Below are positions 1 through 13,869 of a stretch of 64,000 nt of DNA, piece by piece. Within the stretch, counting starts at the first letter, position 1. Each line of letters starts with the position of its first letter. The DNA lies in the NCBI RefSeq assembly GCF_018350175.1, contig NC_058368.1:12648001-12712000 (forward strand), written 5' to 3'. A program made the position numbers and the translations under genes. The notes under the pieces are model-generated. The model was not told the origin of the DNA and did no database searches. It saw nothing but the letters and a program-made list of their open reading frames with translations. The stretch comes from Felis catus (taxonomy: Eukaryota).

Positions 1-190
1 GGCCACCTGGGTGCTTCAGTAGGTTAATTGTCCCACTCTTGATTTCGGCTCTGGTCATGATCTCATGGTTCCTGAGGTTGAGCCCTGCACGCCTGGCTCT
101 GCGCTATCAGCTTGGGATTCTCTTTCTCCCTCTCTGCCCCTCCCCAACCCTCCTCATGCTCTCTCTCTCTCAAAATAAATAAATAAAATT
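1..190 (+). mobile_element. CAN-SINE
   Basis: tRNA-derived head, (CT)n, aaataaataaa tail. Confidence 0.9.
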
Positions 191-1445
191 TTTAAAATTT
201 CTTTAAAAAACACTATAATACATAAATGGATGTATAATGAACATCTGTGGAAAGAAGCATTTCTCCAAGGAGAAATTTTGAAATAAGTTGATTCAACTCT
301 TCCAGTGTCTTAACTATTTTAGATATCCTTTTATCAATATTTTTGCTACAATCATTAGCCTTGTTAATACTTTGGATTTTAGCCTAATGGTACTGATATT
401 CACATTTTTACTTCATACTGAAACCTGTTTTTAGTTCTTTGTACACTGTAAATATATAATACTTTTGTCAGTCACTAGTAGTTGAATCTGGGAAGCCTTA
501 TTACTGCCTTTTCATGGTATTTGAGTTGCAGTTTTTAGGCTTTCTAATCTTTTGGCTTGTTGTATTTTAAATCTCACTCAAACTGTCTATCATTTCTGTT
601 AAGTTATTCTTTGGAAATAAATTTGAATTAATTGTTCTGCTGTATTCATTTTAATGGCTGTCCTCCCTGATGGTGAGCTACATTTGTTATTGCATTGTTA
701 AAATAATAAAATTTTTGGTTTTCAATAAACTTAAATAGAAGCCTCATATACTGGACATGTTTTGATGATAATTGATATAATTTGATATAAGGATAAAATA
801 TTCCTTTAAAGTCGTGAGTACTGATGCAAATCATACATTTATTATAATAGCACATTTAAAGCCCTTGACATTTGATATGGATAAAATATTTTAATATCTA
901 AGTTTACTATACTAATTTGAGCAATGCCAATTATTATAATACTTTGGAAAAAGCAAAAATATAAAGGTATTTTTATATGGCTTTTAAATACTACCACAAC
1001 AGCCATTTTCCAGTAGATCTTTTTCAACTGCTATGGTAAACTTTTATTATTAATATTTCAGCCATGTATTGATTAGAATTAGTCATTTACACTACTGAAT
1101 TAACTGTATGTAGCTCTTCCTCAGTAGCTTTGGTGCTTTAGTTATATATAGTCATTGTATCAACTCTACTATCTTAAATGTGTTTCTATACCAGATGAAA
1201 TGCAGTCCCATTAGGCAAATTTCTTGTTACTAAACACTTTGTATTGACTATAATAATCTCTCCCCAACAATAATTCCTGTTGTACAAATACCTACAGATT
1301 TGGATTTGCATATGTGTACTTTTTCCATTAATGTGAGAATTTGGGATACTATATTTGCAAACAGTAATTTTTCTTGAGGATAATCTTTTTAAGGCACATA
1401 TATATAATGTATATATATATTATATATATATGTATATATATATAT

Positions 1446-1655
1446 AATGTTTATTTATTTTGAGAGAGAGCAAGAGCATGAGCAGGGGAGAAGCAGACAG
1501 AGAGGGAGAGAGAGAATCACAAGCAGGCTCCACCACCAGCATGGAGCCTGATGCTGGGCTTAATCTCAAACTGTGAGATCTCACAAACCGTGAGATCATG
1601 ACCTAAGCCAAAATCAAGAGTCCAAAGCTTAACCAGTTGAGCTACCCAGGCACCC
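1446..1655 (-). mobile_element. CAN-SINE
   Basis: Reverse CAN-SINE with (TA)n at its tail. Confidence 0.9.
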
Positions 1656-1786
1656 AGGGGATAATTTTTTTTTAATTACAATAAAAGCATGGGATATTGG
1701 GAAGAGAAAAAGGATATAAAATAAATAGAAAAGCAAGTGTATGTAGATATCTTTGTAATGTAACCTTGGGAGAAATATAGGGAACT

Positions 1787-1832
1787 GAGGCAAAGTAAAC
1801 TAAAGGAAAGAGGCAAAGTAAACTAAAGGAAA
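1787..1832. repeat. 23-bp tandem duplication
   Basis: gaggcaaagtaaactaaaggaaa x2. Confidence 0.95.
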
Positions 1833-3011
1833 GGAATTGAAACATGTCAAAGCTTTAGAGATAGAGCAATGTTCTGCCATGGTCATTTCTGCACCAGTAT
1901 TAAATTATCTTAAACATAAAACAATGCATTAGAAAAGATTTGAAGAATGTCTTCTAGTATACTGGCATTTTCTTCCAATGTCCTAACTAAATACAGTAAT
2001 TGAATAAAAAAAAAAAAAAAAACGAAAACAACACGGATCATTTGGTAGAGATCCAAAGAAAAGTACTTCTTACAGTATATTTACAACAAAGCAAAAATAC
2101 ATTCATAAGGCATTTTGGAAATTGAACAATGTAGATTATTACTGTTTTAAAAACACCGAAAATTTCAGGAGTTGATTTCTTTTAGGTTCATTTTTACTAC
2201 AGTCCCCTAACCCTGCTTTACCTGCATGTCTTAAATACTTCATTCCTATTTTCTCTTACAATTACGGTATTTGGGAGTGTAACTTATCATGTTGATAACT
2301 AATGCTAAGTGAAGGGATAAAGTTAAAACAATTCTAGTACTTGATAATAATTATAAATATTGAATGTTTATGACAATGCCAAAATAAAGTATGCCTAAAA
2401 ATATTGTGTATAAAATAATTATATTTTTGTTTGAAGTAAAATATACGTGTATCAAATTCTAGGGATAACAAAGTAATCTATGTAAAGAAAGCAAAACTAA
2501 AAATCAGAAGTTGAAGATGAGTATCTAATCTCTAGAAAAGAAAGGACCTTTTTTAATCACAAAAGTGATCAGAAATCAAAGGAAAAGACAACTGATAATT
2601 CTTGCTACATAATAATGTTAAAGTCTGTGTGTTAAAATTTATAAAGTAAACTAGAAAAAAATGTCCTTAGTCTGTCAAATCATTTAAAAAAATTTAACAT
2701 ATTGGCTAATTAGTTTTCTTTTTGTAGTACTAGTACTTTATGATTTCTCTATAATGAAATGACTTGTGTAAGTTATAAAAAATTGTAAATTGCTTAAATC
2801 CACTCACTAAAAAGTCTCTTGGAGTATAATGAAATAAAATCCAGTGGTTTACTACTCATAGAGATGCATGTAAGAATTTTTCAGAAAATTTACCAATGAA
2901 GCAGTGAGCATCTTTAAATCCTACTAAAGAATGCATCAGTATTAATACTAATGTCAGATTAGGTAGAATTTGTGGCAGAAATCAGTGCATAGGATAATTT
3001 TAAAATAATAC

Positions 3012-3218
3012 GGGGCACCTGGGTAGCTCAGTCAGTTGAGCGTTCCAACTTCGGCTCGGGTCATGCTCTGATGGTTCCTGAATTCAAGCTGTGAATAGGG
3101 CTTACTGCTGCTGTCAGGTCAGAGCCCCCTTCAGATCTTCCGTTCCTCTCTCTCTCTTCCCCTCCCCTGCTCACACTCTCTCTCTCTCAAGATAAAACAA
3201 ACATTAAAAAAAAAAAAA
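3012..3218 (+). mobile_element. CAN-SINE
   Basis: ggggcacctgggtagctcag head, CT tract, poly(A). Confidence 0.9.
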
Positions 3219-3819
3219 GTGCGGATGTTTAAAAAAAAATAAAAATGAGTTAAAGTCAGGAGAAGTGAGACTTTTGGAAGTAGAAAATAGAATTGAGAAA
3301 AAGAGGACACAGCAGGCTCCAGAAAAACTGATTAATGAATTTGGAAGCACTTCTTAACATGGAACCATTGGTTGAAGAAAATCCAAATGTACAAGGCGTA
3401 TCACGACATCCATGAAAAGGACTAAAGTCATTTCTTTAGTGGTGGACTAAGGAAAATGTGGTGCCCAAATCACAGAGTAATGGCTCAGGTGAGTGATTTG
3501 CTTGTAGGTAAAGTTTTGGAAAATCAAGTCTTTCAGAGAATAGCAGAGATAGGTAAACAACTAAACTATAAACTAGAGAATTCATCAGTCTGCCACTTTA
3601 ATATACATCTTATTATACAACTATTCGTCTATTCTCAATTACACAAAAACAAATGATGACACTTAGAACTTTTAAAACATAAAATGGTAGAACATCTATA
3701 GCAAAGGCAGCATACCTAATTGATCTATTAGTCACCAAGATACCTCATTAAATTCTCTAAAGCAGAAGCAAGTAATTAACATTCTCATAAAATGAAATAA
3801 ACCAGGACAATGAGTCTTA

Positions 3820-4000
3820 TAGTGTGGACCCCAGTGAGACTTTACATCATCTGGGAACTTGTTAAAAATACAAATTCTAGATCCCTGCCTCAAGCCTATT
3901 GAATTAGAAACTCTGAGAGTAGCACCTATGTTTTAAAATTTAAAAATCAGTGTTTTAACAAGTTCTCCAAGTGAGCCCTGCTAAAGTCTGAGAACCACCA
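3820..4000 (+). mobile_element. MER5A-like hAT-Charlie MITE
   Basis: ctgggaacttgttaaaaatacaaattct...tgttttaacaag...aaagtctgagaaccac. Confidence 0.8.
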
Positions 4001-4862
4001 AACTAGATAGAGTAATGAAAATTTAAACAAAAATCCAAGATTGTTGAAATTAAGAAATCATAATTTCAAAAAGGAAACAGATAATGCAAAAACAGATTCC
4101 TATGAATGCTACCTATGTGCAGAGGCACAGTGCTAGAACCTTGGGGATATTAGTGAACAAAGGAATAGAAATACAGCTCTCACTGAGTTTTCATTTTAAT
4201 GGAACTATGTAATACTGCTAAGCTTAAATTCATAGCTAATTTTTTAAATTTATTCTGTGAGCAAGACTAATCATTTTATTAAATACTTATAAAATTAAAA
4301 AAAACAGGAGGACTAGTAAAAATAAAAGCAATAATAGAAAATGCATTAGAAAACAGGAAAAAAGTGAACAAATCACAAAATAGTAAATTTGGAAAATCCC
4401 AGTAAAAGAAATCATAGAGAAGTTATAACATGTAGAAAACATTTGTTAAATATATACATATTTATCACTGTCAGTTTTTAAAATTATGAAGTGGATAATT
4501 ATAGAAAAAACAAAACTACTTAAAAGTTCAGTGATATTCTACCCATAGCAAAAAAAAAAATTGTTTCAAGTTATCAAATTAATTACTTCCCCTAAAGGCC
4601 TTTAGTTCTAAATGGTGCTGATGAAATTTCTTATCTTTATGAGGAATACATAGCTCCATATGTAGAACATAGAGAAGAATATGGAAAGTTTCCCAGTTCA
4701 TTTTACTAAGCAAACATAACCATCCTACCAAACTCTTAAAGCATGAAAAATTATAGATGTCACTTATGATTATGCATAATATAATATTATGAAATAGACT
4801 TAATAATATATTGAAAGAGTAATTTACCATGACCAGGAAGTATCTATTCTTTGAATGTAATT

Positions 4863-5247
4863 ATGATAGTTTGCATTACTTTTCACAAATACCCATTCTC
4901 CCTTCACCAGACTGTTGAAGGAATATGTTCCCCACCTCATTGGCATGGAGCTTGACCATGTGGCTTGCTTTGGCCAATGGGATCTGAATGGTTGTCAGGT
5001 TTGCCATTTTCAAGCAGAAGCTTTAAAAGCAAGTGAATGATTCATTTCAATCTCTGTGCCTTATCCCTCTACTATGATTATTGTTGCCTGTGCATCCTGG
5101 ACACAGGAAGAAGACAATGGGGCAGATCTATAATCAGTCTGCAAGCAGTAACAGAGGCAATCTACAGCCTTAATGTAACATGTTTGTCTTACACTGTAAG
5201 CCAAAAAGATTTGGGGGCTATTTGTTACTGCAGCAAAAGCTAATACA
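4863..5247 (+). mobile_element. MaLR LTR (MLT1H/I/J-like)
   Basis: ccatgtggcttgctttggccaatggg and terminal tttgttactgcagcaaaagctaataca. Confidence 0.8.
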
Positions 5248-5619
5248 ATAAAGATGGTTCAGTATGGAGAAATGTTATTGATATCACATTGTATTAATAG
5301 ATAAAATAAGAAAAATCTTTACAATTATTTCCATTAGATTTCCAAAAGTCATTTAGTGAAATTCCATACTTATTTTTAAATCTTTTTTCAAAAGTGTGAC
5401 TTAGAAGGTTAACTCCTTCATATGTTAAGACGTCTCTCTCAAGCCAGTAGCCGTTTTTACTTTATTTAAATATAAAATACTAAGTCATTCTTTTTACATC
5501 CAGATGAAATAGGGGATTCTGTTTTCAAAAATTTTATGCCGAAATGCCCTACAAATTCTAGACAGTATAAGCATGTGATACATGTGATACATGTGAACAT
5601 GTGATACACCACTTGCACA

Positions 5620-6478
5620 ATTTTTGCTTTCCATACCCATAACCTTGAGTTCTTCTAGTTTTGCAGCCTTAGTCCCCAAGCATGGAATGCTTCCATCAGG
5701 GACAGAAAAAATTATTCCATTGAATTGGAAGATGATACTTCCAACTGGCAATTTGGGACTCCTGTATCATCAAACCAATATATATAGAGAGAGATGCAGC
5801 AATTAATCTATATTCCCAACTAGAAATTGATTAGAGACAAAAAAAAAGACCACATTTGCAACCTAGGGGATTCTCAGGGCACATCTTATTACTTTCAAGT
5901 CCAATAGTAAAAGTTAATGTAAAACTGTAGCAACCAAGGAAAGGCAGAACAATTGAGGATGCACACCCTTCAGGAATGAAGGTTTTGGTCATTCAGGAAA
6001 AGAACTCAGAGCAGTCAAGGTTTTGGAAGAGAGTAAGGGAAAAACGGAATGGGTAGTTAAAGATGGAATCCATAGATATCATCTACAACCTTGAGACAAT
6101 TACAGAAACGACTATATTAGCTGTGTATGTTTTCTCTCTTCTTGCTATATGCACATGTTTACTTATATACCATTTTCTCCTTCTTTTCTTTATTTTATAT
6201 ACAAGCTTTTAGAAGCTAACACTATTGTCTTTAGGTAACAAAATATTCAGTGAAACTGTCACCAACTTTAAGGAGCTTTTATTGTAGCCTGTGTTGGACA
6301 TAATAACTGTTGGGACTTGGGACTATGTACCTCCCAGTTTTTGGGAAAGGGGGATGGCTTCTTTGCTTGCAACATGGATAACTGTATTTTGTTAGTCGGA
6401 CATATATTTTGTTGCTATAGAGAAATTCAGATGTGTGTAGAAGGTTGCATATGGAAGTGAGTGGCCAAAGGAATGCAA
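5620..6478 (+). mobile_element. ERVL internal fragment (dUTPase region to polypurine tract)
   Basis: ORF 5624-5806, LVPKHGMLPSGTEKIIPLNWKMILPTGNLGLL, matches the ERVL dUTPase-like motif. Ends agtggccaaagg just before an LTR. Confidence 0.8.
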
Positions 6479-7185
6479 TGTGCCAGTTATCAATATATTG
6501 CTTCTCAGTTCCAAATTCTCTTCCTTTCCTGTTCTTTGAAAATGCATTTGGAGCCCTTAATTTTATTTTCTTTGCCAACTGGCAATAAGCTTTGTCAGGA
6601 GAGGGTGCTGGGAGGAACAGTGCAGGAAGAAGGGGTTTTCCTTCTTAGGTAGGACCCAATGGATCCTCATGCTGCCTGTGTGGCTTCTCCTGCTCCCAGC
6701 TCCTGCAGTGCAGGCAGCTTTTTCCAGCATCCATCTCCTGCACTGCATGGCAATGAGCAGCATCCATTGGCCAGCCATGCCCCCCAGCAATTGTCATTGG
6801 GCAATTTTGTAGGAGTGCCTTTAGGAAGATGCCTCCTTATGAAGAGGTGTTGCCAGCATGCTAGAGGGAGGTTTCCAGCAGGTTCTGCCCATGCAGCTCC
6901 ACAGTGACTTCTCTGCCATTCAGTGAGCCACTGTCATGCCTACTCCAACCAGATCTAGATCTCACCTGTTGGATGCGGGGGAGGAGGGGAGTCTTTCTTA
7001 GATGCTCTAATATCAGCTCTATATGTATAATGGTTTCTTCTTAGTTCCCTAGTCCTGCATTTTTTAAGAGTTCTATTTACTTTTTATGAGTCAACACCCC
7101 ATTACTTGAATACCCACCTCTAGCTGATACTTCTTCATATTAAATTTGTTCAAATTACTATATGGCTTTTCTCTCTTAGTGGTAT
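6479..7185 (+). mobile_element. ERVL LTR (LTR33-like)
   Basis: Starts tgtgccagttatcaatatattgcttctcagttccaaat directly after ERVL internal sequence. Subfamily from memory. Confidence 0.65.
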
Positions 7186-9410
7186 GCAACCTGAAGAACA
7201 GAAAGAAAAATGAACAGAGTCTCAGAGACCTGGAGGACACATGAATATACAAAAATGCACACACTGGGAGCCCTAGAAGGAGAGGACAGAGATAGAAGAA
7301 TGTGTGGGTTAGAAAATGTGTGAAGATGATAAGTACTTTCCAAATTGGACGACAAACATTAATATACATATCCAAAAAGCTCAATAAACTCCAAAAAGTA
7401 TTAACCCAAAAAAATTTACATCAAGATACGTTATAGTCAAACTGTTGAAAGACAAAGAGAGCATCTTGAATGCAGCAGAAGACAAATGACTCATCACATA
7501 ACAGTGGGACCACAATAAGATTAAAAGCTGACTTCTCATCAAAAATTGAGGCCAGAAGGCAGCAGAATGACATATGTAAAGAAAAAAAAACCTGTCGACC
7601 AAAAATTCTATATTTAGCAAAACTACCCTTCAAAAAACTGAAGGGAGAATAAAGACATTCTCAGAGAAACAAAGACAGAATACAAAAGAAATAATAAGGA
7701 AAATCCTTCAGGCTGAATGGAAATGACAACAGATGGTAACTGAATCCACATGAAAAAATAAAGAACACTGGAAAATGTAATTACATGGAAAGACGCAGAG
7801 GAAACTTAAATGCATATTACTAAATGGAAGAAGCCAATCGGAAAAGGGTATATACTCTATGATTCCAAGTATATGATATTCTGTAAGAGGCAAAATATGA
7901 AGACTAGAAAGATCAGTGGTTGCAGGCAAGGTGGAGATGAATAGGCAGAACACAGAGATTTTTAGGGCAGTGAAAATACTCTGTATAATATTATAATCAT
8001 GGACTTATGCCATACATTGGTCCAAACCCATAGAATGTGCAACACCAAGAGGGGACCCTAAGGTAAACTATGGGCTTTGGGTGATTATGATGTGTCAGTG
8101 TAGGTTCATCCTTGGTAATAAATGTACCACTCTGGTGGAGGATGTTGGTAATAAGGGAGGCTAGCCTGGTGGGGGGGGAGGGACATGGGGTATATGGTAA
8201 ATCTCTGTACCTCCCTCTCAAATTTAATTTGTAAACCTCTAACTTCTCTAAAGGATAAAGTCCTAATGTGGGGGGAAAAGGTCATTGCATAAGTAAATAT
8301 AAGGACTGTATAAATACTTTTGTCTTTTAACCGATTTAAAAGACAATTGCATAAAACAATAATTACAAAACTGTTATTGAGCTTATATAATGATATGATA
8401 TATGACAATGATAACATTAAGGGAAAAGAAATATACCTATGTTGCAGCAAAATTTCTATATTTTACTGGCATTAAGTTATTAGTCATCTGAAGTAGATTG
8501 CGATTAATTCTAGTAGGTTGTAATTAATCTAGTAGATTGGTTATTTTAATGCCAAGAGCAGCTACCAAGTAAAAACTGAAAAAGTCTTTAAAAATGAATT
8601 ACAGTAATAGACTAGGATATATATATTTAACACAAATGAACACAGTTAAAGAGGAACAGAAGCCAAGATGATTTGAGACATATGGGAAAAAAAAACCAAA
8701 ATAGCAGAAGTCCAACTCTATCAATATTTTCATTACATGTAAATAGATTAAATACTCCAACCAAAAAGCAGAGATTGTCAGGCTGTATTTTTAAAAAAAA
8801 ATCCAACTATATGCTGCCTACAAGAGACAAGTTTTAAATTAAAAAGACACATACAGACTGAAAGTTAAGAGAATTTAAAAGATATACCACACAAATAGGA
8901 ACCGTAAAAGAACTAGAGTGAATATACTGATATCAGACAAAATATACTTGAAGACAAAAAAAAAGTGAGATAAAAAGGGATATTTCATAATGATAAAAGG
9001 GTCAACTCAACAGGAAAATAAAATAATTATAAATGTATACATACCTAACATATATCCCCCAGGTACATAAAGCAACAAATGACAGAATTGAAGCGCAATA
9101 CAATCGTAAATGGAGACTTCAACACTCCAATCTCAAGAATTGATAGCACAACTAGATAGGAAATCAGCAAGGATATCTTTTATATCCCTTAACACTTAAC
9201 ACCAACAGCCAACTTGACAAACTGACCCCCACAGAATACTCCACCCAACAAAAACGAATGGACATTCTTCCCAAGCGCACATGAAACATTCTCAAAAATA
9301 GAGCACATGCTAGGCCATAAAACACATCCCAAGGTACTTAAAAGGTGTGGAATCATATAAAGTATGTTTTCCAATTGTAACAAAAATAAATTAGAAGTCA
9401 GCAACAAGAA
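7185..9410 (+). mobile_element. Old L1, ORF1 3' half through ORF2 endonuclease region, with a nested L1 3' end
   Basis: ORF1-like gaacagagtctcagagacctg...gctgacttctcatcaaaa and endonuclease-like ccaactatatgctgcctacaagagac...ggagacttcaacactcca. Confidence 0.9.
7797..8265 (+). mobile_element. Nested L1MC-like 3' end
   Basis: aaacttaaatgcatattactaaatggaagaagccaat...gtaaactatgggctttgggtgattatgatgtgtcagtgtaggttcatc. Confidence 0.85.
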
Positions 9411-11084
9411 GGAAAATCTTTTTGCGGTGTTGGGAATGTTCTAAGACTAGATTGTGGTGCTGTTTGAACAACTCTATAACTTGTTAAAAAATCATTGAAT
9501 TGTGCACTTAAAATTAAATTTTGTGTGTAAATTATACCTCAATAAACCTGTTAAAAATGAGTGAAAGAGTCGATATTTGCCACAGCAGCAACAGTATAAA
9601 CTTTCAGAATAACTTTAATGACAAATATTTGTGGCCTAACATGAATAAAAAGTGATGGAGTTTTGAGAAAACAGTAGAAACAAATTACATAAACAACACT
9701 TCTGTATGTCAAAAACACACATTTCAAGGATTCACTTATGTCAAAATTACCTTATAGATTTAATGCCATTCCAGTTAAAATCATAAGGAAATTTGGGTTT
9801 GATTTGTTTTCAAAATTATTTTGTTTTTCGAAAAAAAATTTTGGTTTGTTTTGTTTGCTTCATCTGACAAAATCATTCTCAAGTTCATCTGAAAGGTTAA
9901 ACACATGAAAAATGCTTAGAATAGTTTGAAAGGAAGAGAAATGAGTTACACAAGTGACACTGGACATTGAACCATAGTTTTCAGCTATGATAATATAAAT
10001 ATTATAACACTGGTGTAGGAAAAGAATGTTAATTGAACAAAATATCAAAGAAATATTACCTTTTATATGTTGCAGTGCATATTAAAAGACATCACAACAC
10101 AAATGGAAATGAATAACTCAATAATTTTTGTCGATATAAAGAGTTGAATTAGACCTGGCCATTATACTCCTGGGAATCTCTTTTATGGAAATAATCCTAA
10201 AAAAGGCGAGGAGGAAATATTAATTGTAGCTTTATTCATAATTGTTTCAAAATTTGAAAGAACCTAAACCTGAGTAAGAGATGAGTTAAGATAACTTTAG
10301 TTAACTTACAACTCACAGGTAGGAATATTATTAAAATGATTATAAATAGCATGTCATTATGAGATACTGCTTGTTAAATTTTATGTTATGTTAGTAAAAG
10401 TATATAAATGGTATGATTATAACTACATAAATGTAACAAAAATAACTGCGTAAAGTGAATAATAAGAAATACACACACCAATATGTAATTGTACACAGAT
10501 TGTAATTTTGTGTCTGATTGTAGTCTGAGTAGAATTTTTTAGATTCATTTATAATTTGCAATTATGAAAATAAGCAAACATTTTTATTAATTAAAAGTTT
10601 TAAATAATTATATCAAAATTTAAAAATTCATAGCTAATTTATTTTTCAAAATTCATAGCACATTTTTTTTAAAAAAGATTTCTAAGATCTGAGTTGTATA
10701 ATATTGCAGGTTTGGTGAACATGCCAAGTGCTTATTCTTTTCATTATTTTGTGTGTTTCAATTATATCGTCTCTACATGATTAGTATTAAAGAATACTAA
10801 TAGACATTTAATTGTATTTTAGACATGTAAAAATTAAATTGGGGTAATAGTAATACTGATATAGGGATTAATTAAACAAAATACTCAGGAAATATAACTC
10901 TGTTAGCCTCTGATTTTGGCAATGAAATTTCAAGATTGTGTGTATCCAAATCATGGGGCTCCAGCCCCATAGATTCTGGGTGAGATGCTGTTCTGCCATG
11001 TGTTTCTTGAACGCAATGATCATGGTAGTGATTCCAAGGCAGCAATTTTCAAACTTTATCTTGTATCAGAACCACAGAGAGCCT

Positions 11085-11285
11085 ATAATTCCATCACTTA
11101 CTGTCTATGTGATTTTAGAGAAGTTATCTAATTCTCTATGTCTCAGGATCCCCCTGTGGAGAGGAACTGAGGATAATAACACTGCCTTCTTCATAGGGTT
11201 ATTATGATAATTATGTGAGTGAGTACATGTAATGTGCCTGGTACTATATATAGTTAGTACTGAATAAATATCTGTTATCATTATG
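11085..11285 (+). mobile_element. MIR SINE
   Basis: cacttactgtctatgtgattttagagaagttatctaattctct...tcatagggtttattatga is the MIR core. Confidence 0.7.
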
Positions 11286-11499
11286 CTAATGGTCTGTTAT
11301 TATGAAGTAAAGATAACATACACTTACGAAAGTCTTCATATTAGGAATTCTACTGGGCACATTAAAGCTATAAATGTAATATCATATTTGTCTTTCATAT
11401 TCACTCAGTAAGTTAGAAGTAGTCATACCCGTTTTAGAGATGGGAAAAGTGAAGGCCAGAAAGGTTGAGCTGATTGGATGTGACTAAGAAAAAAATTGT

Positions 11500-11680
11500 G
11501 GGGCTAGCTGGGCAGCTCAGTTGGTTAAGGTCATGATCTCATTGTTCATGAGTTTGAGCCCTGCGTTGGGCTCTGGGCTGGCAGTGCAGAACCTGCTTTG
11601 GATTCTCTTCTTCCTCCCTCTCTCTGCTTCTCTCTCTCTCTGTCTCTCTCTGTCTTTCAAAAAAGAAAAAAAAAAATAAC
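11500..11680 (+). mobile_element. CAN-SINE (internally deleted)
   Basis: Head, CT tract and A tail. Confidence 0.85.
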
Positions 11681-11789
11681 ACAAGAAATACCTGTGGTTG
11701 CAAATTCCCCAGACAGAAAATTAAATAACTTGCCAATAAACATTAGGATTAGGATCAAAATACATGTGACTTATTACAAAGACCCTCCC

Positions 11790-11985
11790 AATGGCTTGCA
11801 AATTTTAGTGTGCAAACTTTAAAAGTGCACCTGGGTTTTTCTGGATTGATCTCAGGATCTTCTGATGTGGTAGGTCTGTGATGGAGCCCAGGAATCTGCA
11901 TTCACAACAAGAACCAGCACCACCCCCCTAACCCTTCCTAGGACTGAGGCTGGTGATTTGAGGACCACAATTTGAGAGACTAGCT
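11790..11985 (+). mobile_element. MER5-like MITE
   Basis: gtaggtctgtgatggagcccaggaatctgcatt...gaggaccacaatttgag. Confidence 0.6.
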
Positions 11986-13790
11986 AGTGTTCTGAGGTAT
12001 CTATGAAGGATGTAGTAATCACAAAAGGCTTCAAAATGGGCTTAAGGTCATGTGCAGTGAGCTAGTATCTGAATTGGAATTAGGATCTAAGTGCCGTGAC
12101 TCTTAATCCATTGCTCTTTAACGCACCAGGACCTCAGACCTGGGTTTTCCCAGCCCAGCATCCAATCAGCTGGGCCCCAGCCAACCTTCTGCAGGGAAGA
12201 AGACTTGTCCATGTTTAGGCAGAGGCCAGACCAGCAGAGAAACCGGACGGCTCTGTCTGCACAAAATTTGCATGAAAGTTCTGGAAAAGAAAAGAGTTGT
12301 TAGATATAAACTTTTTTCCCCCTGAAATTTTGTTGTAATTGGAGGGTTTGTTTTTGCTATAAATTTCAGTGTCCTGGTTAACTTCTCAGTTCTAGTGCTA
12401 GCCTCTACTCTCAGTTGCCGATCAGCCCAAACAACTTCTCCTCAGTGCCCGCACACCCACAGACAGATGTTTCTCAAGACTGCAGAACTAATGGAAAGAG
12501 CAGAACTCTGGTGTCACAAAACACCAGCTGCGTCTTTCCCTGCTATTTTCTAGCTTAGTGAGCCTGGACAAATTCCTGATCACCTCTGAACTTTCATTTC
12601 CTTACCTAGAAAATTGAGAGAGCAAGATAGAAGTGCTTACATCAGAGTCATGAGACCCATTACAGAGTTCAGGTAAAACATCTTTGCTCATTAGTCTGAG
12701 GTATTCATTATTTTATTTATTTATTTAATTATTATTTAAGGTGTTGACTTCTCGATCATTATGTACAGTAATGCCTTTGTCTTTTGTTACAGTCTTTATT
12801 TTAAAGCCTATTTCACCTGACATTAGTATTGCTAACTCAGCCTTCTGCTTCCATTCAGTCTTTAGTTAATATCAGGTCCATTTTTGTAGTCTGGTGCTGC
12901 TGTATTACTTGTTCCTGAAGCCCCAGACCTGGAGATAATCATTTCTTGTCCTCAAAAACATACATGACTGGGACAACGGATGTGTGGCGTTCACAGACAC
13001 AGGGCTTCTTCACTGGGGAAGCAAGGACTGGCAAAAGTAGTTGCAAATGAAAGCTAATGCTGTCCTGTTTTCTGTTAAGACTGGCATTCGGCACAACAGA
13101 GTGGACTTTCAGTATATCACACTTCGTATGAAGAAATTCATGAGGAAATGGAAGTTATAAAATCAAAGTGATATTTAATTGTTCTTTTGGAATAATGATG
13201 TTTAGATATTTGGGTTTTTTTTAACAAGAGAAAATTAAATTTAATAGGTGTACATACGGGGAACCCACGCAGACATGAAATCCTTGATGTTTAGAGATTT
13301 GTGAAGAATGCTGCCCATGCTTGTTCACCCTCTTCCTGCTTCCCTCCTTTCCTTTTTTTCTTCCTCGCTCTTATTTCTCACTTACTTATTTCCATTCTAG
13401 AAATAACAGTTTTATAAAAGGAACTGTAAACATTCTGGGTTTATGGTAGGGCTATGAACTTCTACATGCTTAAATTATCTTCCTGATAATGAGCCAGAGA
13501 CTCAGGTTAAGAAAGAATATGATTTCTTTAAATAGACATTGGGTCATTCATCATATGAAAAGATAAACAGATTTACCAGAGCAACGCCCAACCAGATAAA
13601 ATTCTCCTACCTCTCGTGCTGGTCTGTAGGGAACAATAGGCCTTTATGATAACTTTCCTTTATAATAATTTCTCCTGTTTCCTTAATACTATACTTTGAT
13701 ATTTATGTAACATTTAGGATATATATATATATATTATATATAATATTATATATTATATTATATTATATATAATATATATAATATAATAGC

Positions 13791-13869
13791 ATATTATGCT
13801 AATTGCTATATATCTATATCTATGTATATATATGACATAGATATAGATATATAGCAATTAGCATAATAT
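13791..13869. repeat. Perfect 35-bp inverted repeat with 9-nt spacer
   Basis: 13791-13825 atattatgctaattgctatatatctatatctatgt is the exact reverse complement of 13835-13869. Confidence 0.95.

Noticed and set aside
3012..3090. tRNA-like A/B-box sequence at SINE heads
   Set aside because: These are tRNA-derived CAN-SINE heads, not tRNA genes.
12880..13290. Possible carnivore LTR fragments
   Set aside because: Vague resemblance only, with no termini or TSD identified.
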